Notes under the pieces: model-generated
What the model was told of the DNA's origin: nothing
Database searches by the model: none
The model's input: only the letters and a program-made list of their open reading frames with translations
Position numbers and translations under genes: made by a program
Source: an uncultured Candidatus Saccharibacteria bacterium
GTDB lineage: Bacteria; Patescibacteriota; Minisyncoccia; Phycocordibacterales; XYD1-FULL-46-19
Assembly: GCA_964446245.1 (NCBI GenBank)
Contig: CAYUNI010000003.1
Location: 1-47,660 of the forward strand
Direction of reading: 5' to 3'
Length of the DNA: 47,660 nucleotides
Shown here: piece by piece, positions 1-8,211 of the stretch
How positions within the stretch are numbered: the stretch's first letter is position 1
How the letters are laid out: every line of letters starts with the position of its first letter

Positions 1-599
1 CTTTAAATAATCGACGACGCACAGAATCTCATGCCGGTTTTATTTTTTATTATTTGATTCGGCAATTATACGAATCTTTATCTCATAGTTTAGAATATTT
101 TAATGACAATCTCAGACGAGCGGAACAGAGAGTTTTTGCTGGTCAACATTCAGAAATGGTCAAGACCTTGTCTGATTTTAATCGTCATATTTTAGACTTC
201 AAATGGTCGTTAAAATGGCACAAAGAAATCCTCGCCTCTTTAGAATTGGCAGGAAGAGATATCTATGGGGAAAAATTCGTTTATTATTTGCGGGCAATTT
301 CTGGCGAGTATAACAAAGTTTGGAATATTCTTGAGGATTCTCGGGAAATTTTTAATGAAATTCGTAATACCAACGAATCTTTACTCAATATCCGTTCTAA
401 TGAAATAATGAAATTTTTGTCGGTAATGGCTTTTATTTTTATCCCAATGAGTTTAATCGCGGCGATTTTTGGTATGAGCGGTTCGGAGGCTAATATGCCG
501 ATTATTAAAGAGCCCGGTGGTTTTTATATCACTCTTGGCCTTATGGCGCTAGTTGCTTTGGGGCTTTATACTTTGGTAAAGTTGAAACGATGGCTCTAG
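1..599 (+). CDS. corA: CorA-family divalent cation channel, C-terminal part (5' end outside the window)
   Basis: The frame is open from nt 3 to the TAG at 597-599, so the Met at 54 is probably internal. Two C-terminal TM helices flank FGMSGSEANMP, which aligns to the CorA YGMNF..MPEL signature (GMN reads GMS here). The 3' end overlaps cysS by 10 nt. Confidence 0.75.
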   Translation, partial: LNNRRRTESHAGFIFYYLIRQLYESLSHSLEYFNDNLRRAEQRVFAGQHSEMVKTLSDFNRHILDFKWSLKWHKEILASLELAGRDIYGEKFVYYLRAISGEYNKVWNILEDSREIFNEIRNTNESLLNIRSNEIMKFLSVMAFIFIPMSLIAAIFGMSGSEANMPIIKEPGGFYITLGLMALVALGLYTLVKLKRWL

Positions 600-1999
600 C
601 CTTTTTAAACACTCTAGGGCGGGTAAAACAGCCCTTTTCTCCCCTTTTTCCACCTAAGGTGGGTGTATATAGCTGCGGGCCGACCGTTTATCAATATGCT
701 CATATTGGCAATTTGCGAGCTTATATCTTCGCTGATTTATTGAATCGAGTTTTGCGTGCCGAAGGATATGAGGTTAAACATTTGATCAATATTACTGATG
801 TTGGTCATTTGGTAGGAGATGAAGACTTTGGTGAGGATAAAGTAGAAAAAAGCGCTAAAGCGGAAAACAAAACTGCGTCTGAGATTGCTCGATTTTATAC
901 CGAAGCGTTTATGGCTGATTTGGCGGTTTTAAATATTGATCAGGCAAATTATATTTTCCCGAAAGCGACCGACTATATCAAAGAGCAAATCGAATTAGTG
1001 GCAGAGTTAGAGAAAAAGGGCTTTCTTTATCGACTTGATGATGGCTTATATTTCGATACTTCTCTTTTCCCCCGTTATGCAGAATTGGGTCAGCTTGATT
1101 TAGTGGGACAACAAAGTGGTACGCGGGTGGAGTTAGTTTCTGGCAAACGTCAATCAAGTGATTTTGCGGTTTGGAAATTTTCTCCGGCAAATGAAAAAAG
1201 AGAACAAGAATGGGATTCACCGTGGGGCAAGGGTTTTCCTGGTTGGCATCTAGAATGCACCGCTATGATTTTCAAGCATTTGGGGCAACAAATCGATATT
1301 CATACTGGCGGGATTGATCATATTCCAGTTCACCACACAAATGAGATTGCTCAAGCCGAATCTATTTCCGAGAAAAAATATGCAAACTTTTGGCTTCACG
1401 CTAATTTTTTGACTGTCGACGGAGAAAAGATGGCAAAATCTCTTGGTAATATTTATCGTCTGGAAGATCTTGTCGCTAAAGGATTTTCCCCTTTAGCTTT
1501 CCGCTATTTTTGTCTGGGGGCGCATTATCGTTCGGGATTGAACTTTACCTGGGAAGCCTTGGGGTCAGCTCAGGTCGCCCTCGATAAGATAAAAAATATC
1601 ACTCGAGAATTAGCTTTTAGATTAAAGACAGAGACGATTGTTGGTCGGGTAGATGAAATTTATTGGCAGAAGTTTAAAGGGGGATTGGAAGATGACCTTA
1701 ATTCACCGCAAGCACTCGCTGTCTTGTGGCAAATGCTTGACGATAAAGAAATAGTGGTGGGCGATAAATTGGCAACGCTTTTGCGTTTTGATGAAATTTT
1801 GGGCTTAGGCCTTGGTGTGATAGTAGAGACGGTACAAGCGCCAATTCCGATTGAAATTCAAGAATTATTTGATAAACGAGAGCAGGCGCGAGCGCAAAAA
1901 GATTTTGCGCGAGCAGATGAATTGCGCACCGAAATAGAAAAAGCCGGTTGGCAGGTTGTAGATTTTCTTTCTGGTTCTGGTATTTGGTCTAAAGATTAG
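590..1999 (+). CDS. cysS: Cysteine--tRNA ligase
   Basis: 469 aa. Class I aaRS HIGH-type motif (CGPTVYQYAHIGNLRAY) and KMSKS-type motif (KMAKSLGN). CysRS-like N-terminus (LNTLGRVKQPF) and C-terminal DALR-like helical region. Confidence 0.95.
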   Translation: MALAFLNTLGRVKQPFSPLFPPKVGVYSCGPTVYQYAHIGNLRAYIFADLLNRVLRAEGYEVKHLINITDVGHLVGDEDFGEDKVEKSAKAENKTASEIARFYTEAFMADLAVLNIDQANYIFPKATDYIKEQIELVAELEKKGFLYRLDDGLYFDTSLFPRYAELGQLDLVGQQSGTRVELVSGKRQSSDFAVWKFSPANEKREQEWDSPWGKGFPGWHLECTAMIFKHLGQQIDIHTGGIDHIPVHHTNEIAQAESISEKKYANFWLHANFLTVDGEKMAKSLGNIYRLEDLVAKGFSPLAFRYFCLGAHYRSGLNFTWEALGSAQVALDKIKNITRELAFRLKTETIVGRVDEIYWQKFKGGLEDDLNSPQALAVLWQMLDDKEIVVGDKLATLLRFDEILGLGLGVIVETVQAPIPIEIQELFDKREQARAQKDFARADELRTEIEKAGWQVVDFLSGSGIWSKD

Positions 2000-2056
2000 C
2001 GTAAGTGAGGACCATAATAACATCACATAATCAAAGCTTATCAAGCTTGGCTATTA

Positions 2057-2080
2057 AGGGGATTTATTTTCTAATCCCCT
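2057..2080 (+). terminator. Weak hairpin downstream of cysS
   Basis: aggggatt / aatcccct 8-bp stem with an 8-nt loop. The trailing T-tract is poor (attcacc). Confidence 0.25.
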
Positions 2081-2087
2081 ATTCACC

Positions 2088-2114
2088 TTGCATCTTTTGA
2101 GTTTGTGTTAAAAT
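2088..2114 (+). promoter_or_regulatory. Putative dnaB promoter (leaderless type)
   Basis: TTGCAT (2088-2093), 15-nt spacer, TGt-TAAAAT (2109-2114). Only 7 nt separate the -10 box from the dnaB ATG at 2122, and there is no SD. Confidence 0.4.
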
Positions 2115-2121
2115 CTAGGGT

Positions 2122-3474
2122 ATGGGAAATTCTGGTTCATTGCGGGTGCCTCCGCAGGACAATAATGCCGAGAAGGCTTTTTTGGGTTCAGTGATGCTGA
2201 AGCCTAAAAATCTGAATGAGGTGATGGATCTTGTCCAGCCGAACGATTTTTATGTGACACGCCATCGTTTAATCTATGAGGCAATGATTGCTTTATATGA
2301 AAGAAATGAGCCAATAGATCTTGTTTCGATTACTTCTTGGTTGGATAAAAATGGTTTGCTGGAAAAAGCTGGGGGCTCATCTTATCTAGCGGAACTCTTG
2401 AGCTATGTTCCAAGCTCTTCAAATATCCATTATTATGCCGAATTAATTCAAAAGAAGTCTGGTCTTCGGACTTTGATTGAATCAGCTGATAAAATCGCTG
2501 AGCTGGGCTACAATGAATGCGAAGAAATTGATGCGATTTATGATAAAGCTCAGCAGATAATCTTTAATGCTGGAAATTTTACCAAAAAAGCTTTTATCAA
2601 TATTAAAGATACTTTGGTTGAAGCTTGGGAACGATTTGAAAATTTGTCCAAAATGGGTGAAGGAATGCGCGGTGTCCCGACCGGTTTTCATGAATTAGAT
2701 AACAAGCTTTCAGGATTGCAGAAGTCCGATCTTATTATTTTAGCGGCTCGACCATCAATGGGTAAGACATCGCTGGCGCTTGATATCGCGCGCTATGCGG
2801 CTCTACGGGCTGGCGTCCCTGTTGGAATTTTTTCTCTTGAAATGAGTTGCCAACAATTAACTGATCGTCTAATCGCTGCCGAAAGTTATGTTGATTCTTG
2901 GAAGTTGCGAACAGGCAAGGTTAATAGCGATGAAGAATTAATGAGGATTCGCGATACTTTAGACCTTTTAGCGAAGGCGCCGATTTATATTGATGATGAG
3001 GCTTCCAATAACATTATTCAGATGAAGGCTAAAGCGCGTCGTCTAAAAAGCGAATATGGTTTAGGTTTAGTGATTGTCGATTATTTGCAGTTGATGGTCC
3101 CTCGGACCACTAGTGATTCGGTGGTGCAACAAGTGACTGAGATTTCTCGTTCGTTAAAAGGTCTTGCTCGAGAATTAGATGTCCCAGTTTTGGCTCTTTC
3201 TCAGCTTAACCGTTCGGTCGAACAGCGTGGTGGGCGCCCTCGTTTATCTGATTTGCGTGATTCTGGTTCGATTGAGCAGGACGCCGATGTAGTAATGTTT
3301 ATTCATCGTGAAAACGAAGAAGAAGGCGGTGGACGCAAGAATGTCGCAGAAATTTTGATTGAAAAACACCGCAATGGTCCGACAGGTAAGGCCGAACTTT
3401 ACTTTGATGGGGCAAGAGTAAGCTTTGCTAATATTGATAAAAGCTCCTCTGGTGGAGATTTTGGTGGATTTTAG
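2122..3474 (+). CDS. dnaB: Replicative DNA helicase DnaB
   Basis: 450 aa. DnaB N-terminal signature PPQDNNAEKAFLGSVM, Walker A ARPSMGKTS, VDYLQLM, and a RecA-like C-terminal domain (SQLNRSVEQR, DSGSIEQDADV). Confidence 0.95.
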   Translation: MGNSGSLRVPPQDNNAEKAFLGSVMLKPKNLNEVMDLVQPNDFYVTRHRLIYEAMIALYERNEPIDLVSITSWLDKNGLLEKAGGSSYLAELLSYVPSSSNIHYYAELIQKKSGLRTLIESADKIAELGYNECEEIDAIYDKAQQIIFNAGNFTKKAFINIKDTLVEAWERFENLSKMGEGMRGVPTGFHELDNKLSGLQKSDLIILAARPSMGKTSLALDIARYAALRAGVPVGIFSLEMSCQQLTDRLIAAESYVDSWKLRTGKVNSDEELMRIRDTLDLLAKAPIYIDDEASNNIIQMKAKARRLKSEYGLGLVIVDYLQLMVPRTTSDSVVQQVTEISRSLKGLARELDVPVLALSQLNRSVEQRGGRPRLSDLRDSGSIEQDADVVMFIHRENEEEGGGRKNVAEILIEKHRNGPTGKAELYFDGARVSFANIDKSSSGGDFGGF

Positions 3475-3488
3475 ATTAAGAGATAGAT

Positions 3489-4112
3489 ATGGATGATTCG
3501 ATTAAACAATTGACTGAATATTTCCGTCGTTTTCCCGGGATTGGTCCGCGTCAGGCCCGTCGGTTTGTCTACTATCTTCTGAACCAGCCGGATAGCTATA
3601 CTTTAAAATTAGCTGAACAGATTCGTGTCCTCAAAAAAGAAATTACTCAATGTCAAGATTGTTTTCGCTTTTTTCCACTTCGTCACAATGATAATAATCT
3701 TTGTCCGCTTTGTATTTCCCCTCAGCGCCACCGAGAACAGCTTTTAGTTGTAGAAAAAGACGCCGATTTGGAGTCGGTAGAAAAATCTGGAGGTTATCAG
3801 GGACGTTATTTTGTCTTAGGTGGTCTGGTGCCGATTCTTGAGAAAGAACCAAGTAAATTTATTCGGTTAAATGAGCTTAAAAAAAGAATCCAAACAGAAT
3901 TGTCCAGAGGCGAATTCCAAGAGCTGATTTTAGCTTTGAGCGCAAATGTTGAGGCAGATCATACTGTCGATTATTTGCGAGAAATGTTTAACCAAGAATT
4001 ATCTAATCAAAAATTTAAACTCACAGTTTTAGGCCGAGGACTTTCAAGCGGTCTTGAGATAGAGTATTCCGATAGCGAGACAATCAAAGCGGCGCTTGAA
4101 AATCGACACTAA
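3489..4112 (+). CDS. recR: Recombination protein RecR
   Basis: 207 aa. HhH motif FPGIGPRQARRF, Cys4 zinc finger (CQDC...CPLC), Toprim-like centre (LLVVEKDADL). Confidence 0.95.
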   Translation: MDDSIKQLTEYFRRFPGIGPRQARRFVYYLLNQPDSYTLKLAEQIRVLKKEITQCQDCFRFFPLRHNDNNLCPLCISPQRHREQLLVVEKDADLESVEKSGGYQGRYFVLGGLVPILEKEPSKFIRLNELKKRIQTELSRGEFQELILALSANVEADHTVDYLREMFNQELSNQKFKLTVLGRGLSSGLEIEYSDSETIKAALENRH

Positions 4113-4212
4113 AAATTAGTAGTAGAGTGGTGAATTAGTAGTAGGAGTAGTAAGCAAAGGGAACGACACAGAATACGCCCCAAAAGAGCAATCTAAAAAC
4201 TTCCCTTCATTC

Positions 4213-4256
4213 CCCTATACACACTTTATAACGATCGTTATAAAGTGTGTATAGGG
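4213..4256. repeat. 44-bp perfect palindrome, copy 1 of a two-copy intergenic element
   Basis: ccctatacacactttataacga|tcgttataaagtgtgtataggg, centred on CGATCG. It is near-identical to 13498-13537, with a compensating C..G versus A..T pair. Confidence 0.9.
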
Positions 4257-4279
4257 TTAAAATAAAAAAGAAAGTGAAT

Positions 4280-4330
4280 ATCACCCCGGTAACCAATAAC
4301 AAGATTTTTGTTATTGGTTACCGGGGTGAT
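4280..4330. terminator. Long perfect hairpin between convergent recR and the 4381-4689 ORF (probable bidirectional terminator)
   Basis: 23-bp perfect stem (atcaccccggtaaccaataacaa / ttgttattggttaccggggtgat) with a 5-nt loop gattt. T-rich flank on the minus strand (tttctttttt). Confidence 0.6.
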
Positions 4331-4380
4331 TATTTGGTTGTGTCCTCATAGGCTACAATCCCCTTATCTTTGTGTTTGTA

Positions 4381-4689
4381 TTACAGTTCTAAAGCGGTTT
4401 GAATTGCCAGTCTTAATTCTATTGGGGTTTCAATAGAGAGACTCTTACTTTCCCAGCTGGTAATCTTTCCGAATGTCACTATACAAGCACCATCGGGCAA
4501 TTTATCTGCTGGTACCTTTTGATCCTCTATGGCCTTTTCCTTCAACCAGAAATGGGAATCTCCATCTTTAGGTCCAACCACGATAAGGTTAAGATATGTC
4601 CAAGTGACAACTCGCAAATTAGGGTGTTTGGTTGGTTTGTAGTCTCCAAATTCACAGTCACCATGGAAATCCATAAAAATTACTTGCAT
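4381..4689 (-). CDS. Hypothetical protein (about 102 aa)
   Basis: The ORF runs 4381-4722. The internal ATG at 4689 lies 8 nt after GGAGG, whereas the ATG at 4722 has no usable spacing. I recognise no motif. Confidence 0.5.
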   Translation of the reverse strand: MQVIFMDFHGDCEFGDYKPTKHPNLRVVTWTYLNLIVVGPKDGDSHFWLKEKAIEDQKVPADKLPDGACIVTFGKITSWESKSLSIETPIELRLAIQTALEL

Positions 4690-4781
4690 CTTGTGAGCCT
4701 CCGTTTGTATATGAGTTGCCATTCCTCTTGTTTATTTTTAACATATAGCTGTAAAATTGTCCATTCTGTAATTTTTTATAA

Positions 4782-4815
4782 AGCTAAAAACTCCCCTCAA
4801 GGGGAGTTTTTAGCT
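4782..4815. terminator. Intrinsic terminator after rplU (bidirectional form)
   Basis: agctaaaaactcccc-tcaa-ggggagtttttagct. A GC core is followed by a T-run on both strands, 8 nt after the rplU stop. Confidence 0.75.
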
Positions 4816-4822
4816 TAAGAAT

Positions 4823-5128
4823 TTACTTGATTTTAACCTTGGTGAATGGCTGACGGTGACCTTGCTTTTTCTTATAGTTAGACTTGCTTTTGAATTTGAT
4901 AATAGTCACCTTTTTACCTTTACCTTCGGACTGAAATTCAGCTTTGATACTAACCCCGTCTAAGTAAGGGGTGCCAATCTCGGCTTTGCCTTCCTTAGAA
5001 ATCAAGAGAACCTTGTCGAAGATAATCTCTTTACCAGACTCGGCTTGAGGTAATTTTTCGATGGTCAAAGCTTGGCCAGAAACGACCTTGTATTGCTTGC
5101 CACCAGTTTCGATTATTGCGAAATCCAT
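4823..5128 (-). CDS. rplU: 50S ribosomal protein L21
   Basis: 101 aa. MDFAIIETGGKQYKV... is the canonical bL21 N-terminus, and the C-terminus is basic. Confidence 0.9.
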   Translation of the reverse strand: MDFAIIETGGKQYKVVSGQALTIEKLPQAESGKEIIFDKVLLISKEGKAEIGTPYLDGVSIKAEFQSEGKGKKVTIIKFKSKSNYKKKQGHRQPFTKVKIK

Positions 5129-5137
5129 AGTGTCTGC

Positions 5138-5146
5138 ATTCTAACA
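5138..5146 (-). promoter_or_regulatory. Extended -10 box for rplU (leaderless type)
   Basis: Minus strand reads TGTTAGAAT, then 9 nt, then the rplU ATG (5128). No SD. Confidence 0.4.
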
Positions 5147-5196
5147 GAAAAAAGAAAATAAAGCAATATCACCCTTAAAAGAGGAAGATCCCAACC

Positions 5197-6252
5197 CTAT
5201 TCTTCTTCTGGTTTTGAGACCAAAATTGGCTCAATATTGGCTGATTCGCCACTGATTCTTAATACATCCTTGTCGATCTTCTTTAGCTCCTTGTAAGCGG
5301 TGTTGTAGTGGCTTACAGTGGTCCCAAGCGAGGTCCCTACCTTTTGAAAGTATTGATCATAAGCATTTAAATGTTTCCCTAAGTCTTCTACCCGTTTACG
5401 GATCTCTTTGGCTGATTCTTCGATTTGAAGAGCTTTGAGGCCTTGGAGGACGGTCTGGAGATAAGCCAAGAATGAGGTTGGCGAGACAATAATCACATGC
5501 TTTTCTTTGAAAGCATATTCGACCAGGTCGCGGGTGTTGACCTTAACCGCTCCGACTTGGGCAACCAAAAGATCGTAGTAAACCGCTTCGTGTGGAATAA
5601 ACATAAAGGCAAAATCCATTGTATTTTCGGTCGGCTTCACATACTTGGCTGTCTCATCAATCCGGAGTTTGAGGTCGGCTTTGAAGGCTTTTTCTAGTCG
5701 CTCTCGTTCGGTTGGGTTTTGTTCTTCAACTAAGCGGTTATAATTTTCAAGAGAAAATTTGGAATCGATGGGAATGATTTTGTCACGGACAAAAACGACC
5801 GCGTCTACAATCGTCCCGTCGGCAAAGGGATATTGCATTTGATAGCCGGCAGGTGGCAAGACATTTTTAAGTAAAGTTTCTAGATAGTATTCACCGAGTA
5901 TTCCCCGCTGTTTAGGATTTTTAAGAATATCTTGCAAAGAACGAAGTTGATCGGTGAAGCCGACTACTTGGCGATTGGTCTCATCAAGTTTGGTTAAGCG
6001 TTCGGTGACATCACGAATAATTTTAGCTGACTCGGAAAATTGGTTGGAGATGGTGGATTGGAGGTGGCGAGATGACTCCCCTAGCTTATCATCAACAGTT
6101 TTGATTAAATTATTGAGCTGGTTTTGGAGCATTAATAATTCCCCGTTAGACCCAGTATTTTCGGTTTTAGATTTTAGAAGACGCCACAAGACTAAACCAA
6201 CGATTAAACCAGCCACTCCGGCTGAAATTAAAGCAATGAATATTTCACTCAT
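5197..6252 (-). CDS. rmuC: DNA recombination protein RmuC
   Basis: 351 aa. N-terminal TM helix, long coiled coil, C-terminal RmuC nuclease-like core (DAVVF..IPIDSKF, FAFMFIPHEAVYYDLL). Confidence 0.85.
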   Translation of the reverse strand: MSEIFIALISAGVAGLIVGLVLWRLLKSKTENTGSNGELLMLQNQLNNLIKTVDDKLGESSRHLQSTISNQFSESAKIIRDVTERLTKLDETNRQVVGFTDQLRSLQDILKNPKQRGILGEYYLETLLKNVLPPAGYQMQYPFADGTIVDAVVFVRDKIIPIDSKFSLENYNRLVEEQNPTERERLEKAFKADLKLRIDETAKYVKPTENTMDFAFMFIPHEAVYYDLLVAQVGAVKVNTRDLVEYAFKEKHVIIVSPTSFLAYLQTVLQGLKALQIEESAKEIRKRVEDLGKHLNAYDQYFQKVGTSLGTTVSHYNTAYKELKKIDKDVLRISGESANIEPILVSKPEEE

Positions 6253-6258
6253 AAGTTT

Positions 6259-6267
6259 ATTTTAACA
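6259..6267 (-). promoter_or_regulatory. Extended -10 box for rmuC (leaderless type)
   Basis: Minus strand reads TGTTAAAAT, then 6 nt, then the rmuC ATG (6252). Confidence 0.4.
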
Positions 6268-6277
6268 GATTGGATTA

Positions 6278-7291
6278 TTAAGCCAAATCAGGATAAATTT
6301 GATTAATGGTTGCCAGAAGCTTTTCTTTTGCTTCAATAAGATTTTTTGATTTAATTGTCGCTCCCGCCGCCGCTGGATGCCCACCACCCCCTAGATCTAC
6401 TGTGATTTTAGAAACATCATAAATATCTGGTTGTCTTGATCGGAGACTTAAATTAAATTCTTGGGGCTGTTTTTCGATTAGAGTGCCACCAATGATCGTC
6501 CCATGGATTGCCAGTATTTTATTAGACATACTATCAGAACCTAACTTGTCTAGCGGAATATTTTGTTTTTCAAGAGTTTGAAGCTCAACACTGGAGAGAC
6601 GAATTTTGCCCCGACTGAAAGATTCTTGGTGATTATAAATTAATCCTTGATAGCGAAGGTCAATTTCTGAAATATTGTTATTTAAATTTCTTACTGCAAC
6701 GGGGATAAGATCTGGCGCTATTTTAACTAATTTGGCGCTTAATTCTAAAATCTCTGGCCGAAGGTCATATTGGAAAAAGCCCGTATCATAATAAATTCCT
6801 AAAAATAAATTAGTGGCGATTTCTGGTGATAGCGGTCTTTCCCAAAATTCTAATAATTCAAAGACGAGTTGACTGGCTGAAGAATAGAGAGGTTCGATTA
6901 GATTGAGATGACCAAAATTCGTATGAGATTTGTGGTGATCAATAGAAATTATCTTTAGTTCGCTAGGCAATCCTTCTATCTTCCTGCTTATGCGATCACT
7001 TGAAGAGATGTCGGGAGCGAGCAAGAGATCATATTGAGACGGGATGATTTCAGAAAGATTTTGCAATTTTATTGCTTCGCTTTTAGAGAAAAATTTTAAC
7101 CAGTTAGGGTGTGGGCCATCGCCGAGGATGATTGTTGCCTTAAGTCCGGCTTGTTCTAAAGCTAAACCCAAACCGAGAGTAGCGCCAACGCTATCTTCGT
7201 CTGGCGAGGGATGGAGTGTCAATAAAATATTTTTACTTTTGGTGATTATCTCCCATGCTTCGACAGCTTTTTGTTCATTGTCTTTAGTCAT
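6278..7291 (-). CDS. DHH/DHHA1 family phosphoesterase (NrnA-like oligoribonuclease/pAp phosphatase)
   Basis: 337 aa. DHH motifs (HPSPDEDSVG, ISIDHHKSH) and the DHHA1 motif GGGGHPAAAG. Confidence 0.85.
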   Translation of the reverse strand: MTKDNEQKAVEAWEIITKSKNILLTLHPSPDEDSVGATLGLGLALEQAGLKATIILGDGPHPNWLKFFSKSEAIKLQNLSEIIPSQYDLLLAPDISSSDRISRKIEGLPSELKIISIDHHKSHTNFGHLNLIEPLYSSASQLVFELLEFWERPLSPEIATNLFLGIYYDTGFFQYDLRPEILELSAKLVKIAPDLIPVAVRNLNNNISEIDLRYQGLIYNHQESFSRGKIRLSSVELQTLEKQNIPLDKLGSDSMSNKILAIHGTIIGGTLIEKQPQEFNLSLRSRQPDIYDVSKITVDLGGGGHPAAAGATIKSKNLIEAKEKLLATINQIYPDLA

Positions 7292-8063
7292 AATCGATCT
7301 CGTTTGGATTATTTTTTAACGCTTCCTCGGCGGCTTGCTGAAAGCCACAATAATCACATCGGGGGCTATTTGATGGAATAGCGTCTTGTTCAAGGCACTG
7401 GTGAGCGTCTTTAATAGTCTGATCTACCCAAGAGTCATCCCCGGTATATGGGATCAATTTAATTTTAAATTCGAGTTTGCCATCAAAAGCGGCGAGATCA
7501 GTCCGACCATTTACATAGACAAAGTAGCCAGTATCAGAAACTTTAAATTCATTATGACGGAAAAGCCATTGGTAAATTTCCATCTGGCGTTTATAGCCGT
7601 CTTGCCAATCAGCATCTAGATTTACCTCGCCTTCTTTGCTGGTCGATTTATAATCAACAATGATTATTTCTCCTTTTTCATTTTGCCAGAGGTCGTCGAC
7701 AGCTCCAGTAATGAGTAGATTGGTTGCTGGGTGGAGATATTCTATTCCTTTGAAATTTTCTCGCCAGGTATCGAGTCTCTCATCTTGGAATGGTACAGCT
7801 TTAAGGCCATAAGCGCTCATTAACGGGTGGGGGGTTTTTGCTATTCGATGAATGTCAAATTCTTTTTTTAATAGTGTGTCGACAGCGGAATTAAGAGAAA
7901 AAGGAAAGCCTGGCGGTCGACCAATTCCTAGACGACGGTCTAAATAAAAACAACGGGGACAGTCTAAGAAAAGCTCTAGTTTTGATCGGCTAAGCTTGAA
8001 AGGGGCGCTACTTTTAGGCTGGTAAAGGTTGCGTGTTCGCTTGGGATTGTAGTATTCTGACAT
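7284..8063 (-). CDS. PD-(D/E)XK nuclease family protein with Cas4/AddB-like Cys cluster
   Basis: 259 aa. GAVDDL...IVDYKS...QMEIYQ core, an N-terminal CPRC, and a C-terminal C..CDYCGF (Fe-S type arrangement). Its stop overlaps the DHH start (ATGACTAA). Confidence 0.7.
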   Translation of the reverse strand: MSEYYNPKRTRNLYQPKSSAPFKLSRSKLELFLDCPRCFYLDRRLGIGRPPGFPFSLNSAVDTLLKKEFDIHRIAKTPHPLMSAYGLKAVPFQDERLDTWRENFKGIEYLHPATNLLITGAVDDLWQNEKGEIIIVDYKSTSKEGEVNLDADWQDGYKRQMEIYQWLFRHNEFKVSDTGYFVYVNGRTDLAAFDGKLEFKIKLIPYTGDDSWVDQTIKDAHQCLEQDAIPSNSPRCDYCGFQQAAEEALKNNPNEIDYD

Positions 8064-8211
8064 TAGGAAATTTTAACATAGAATTAGGTTTAAAAGCTAA
8101 TCTTAAGCTAAAAATGGCATCAAATTTTAAAGACAAATTAGAGGTAGTTATGTTTGTCCTCTATTTTCCTAAATTGTTTTACGATGAGTTTTTAAAAAGA
8201 AAGTAGGTTAA

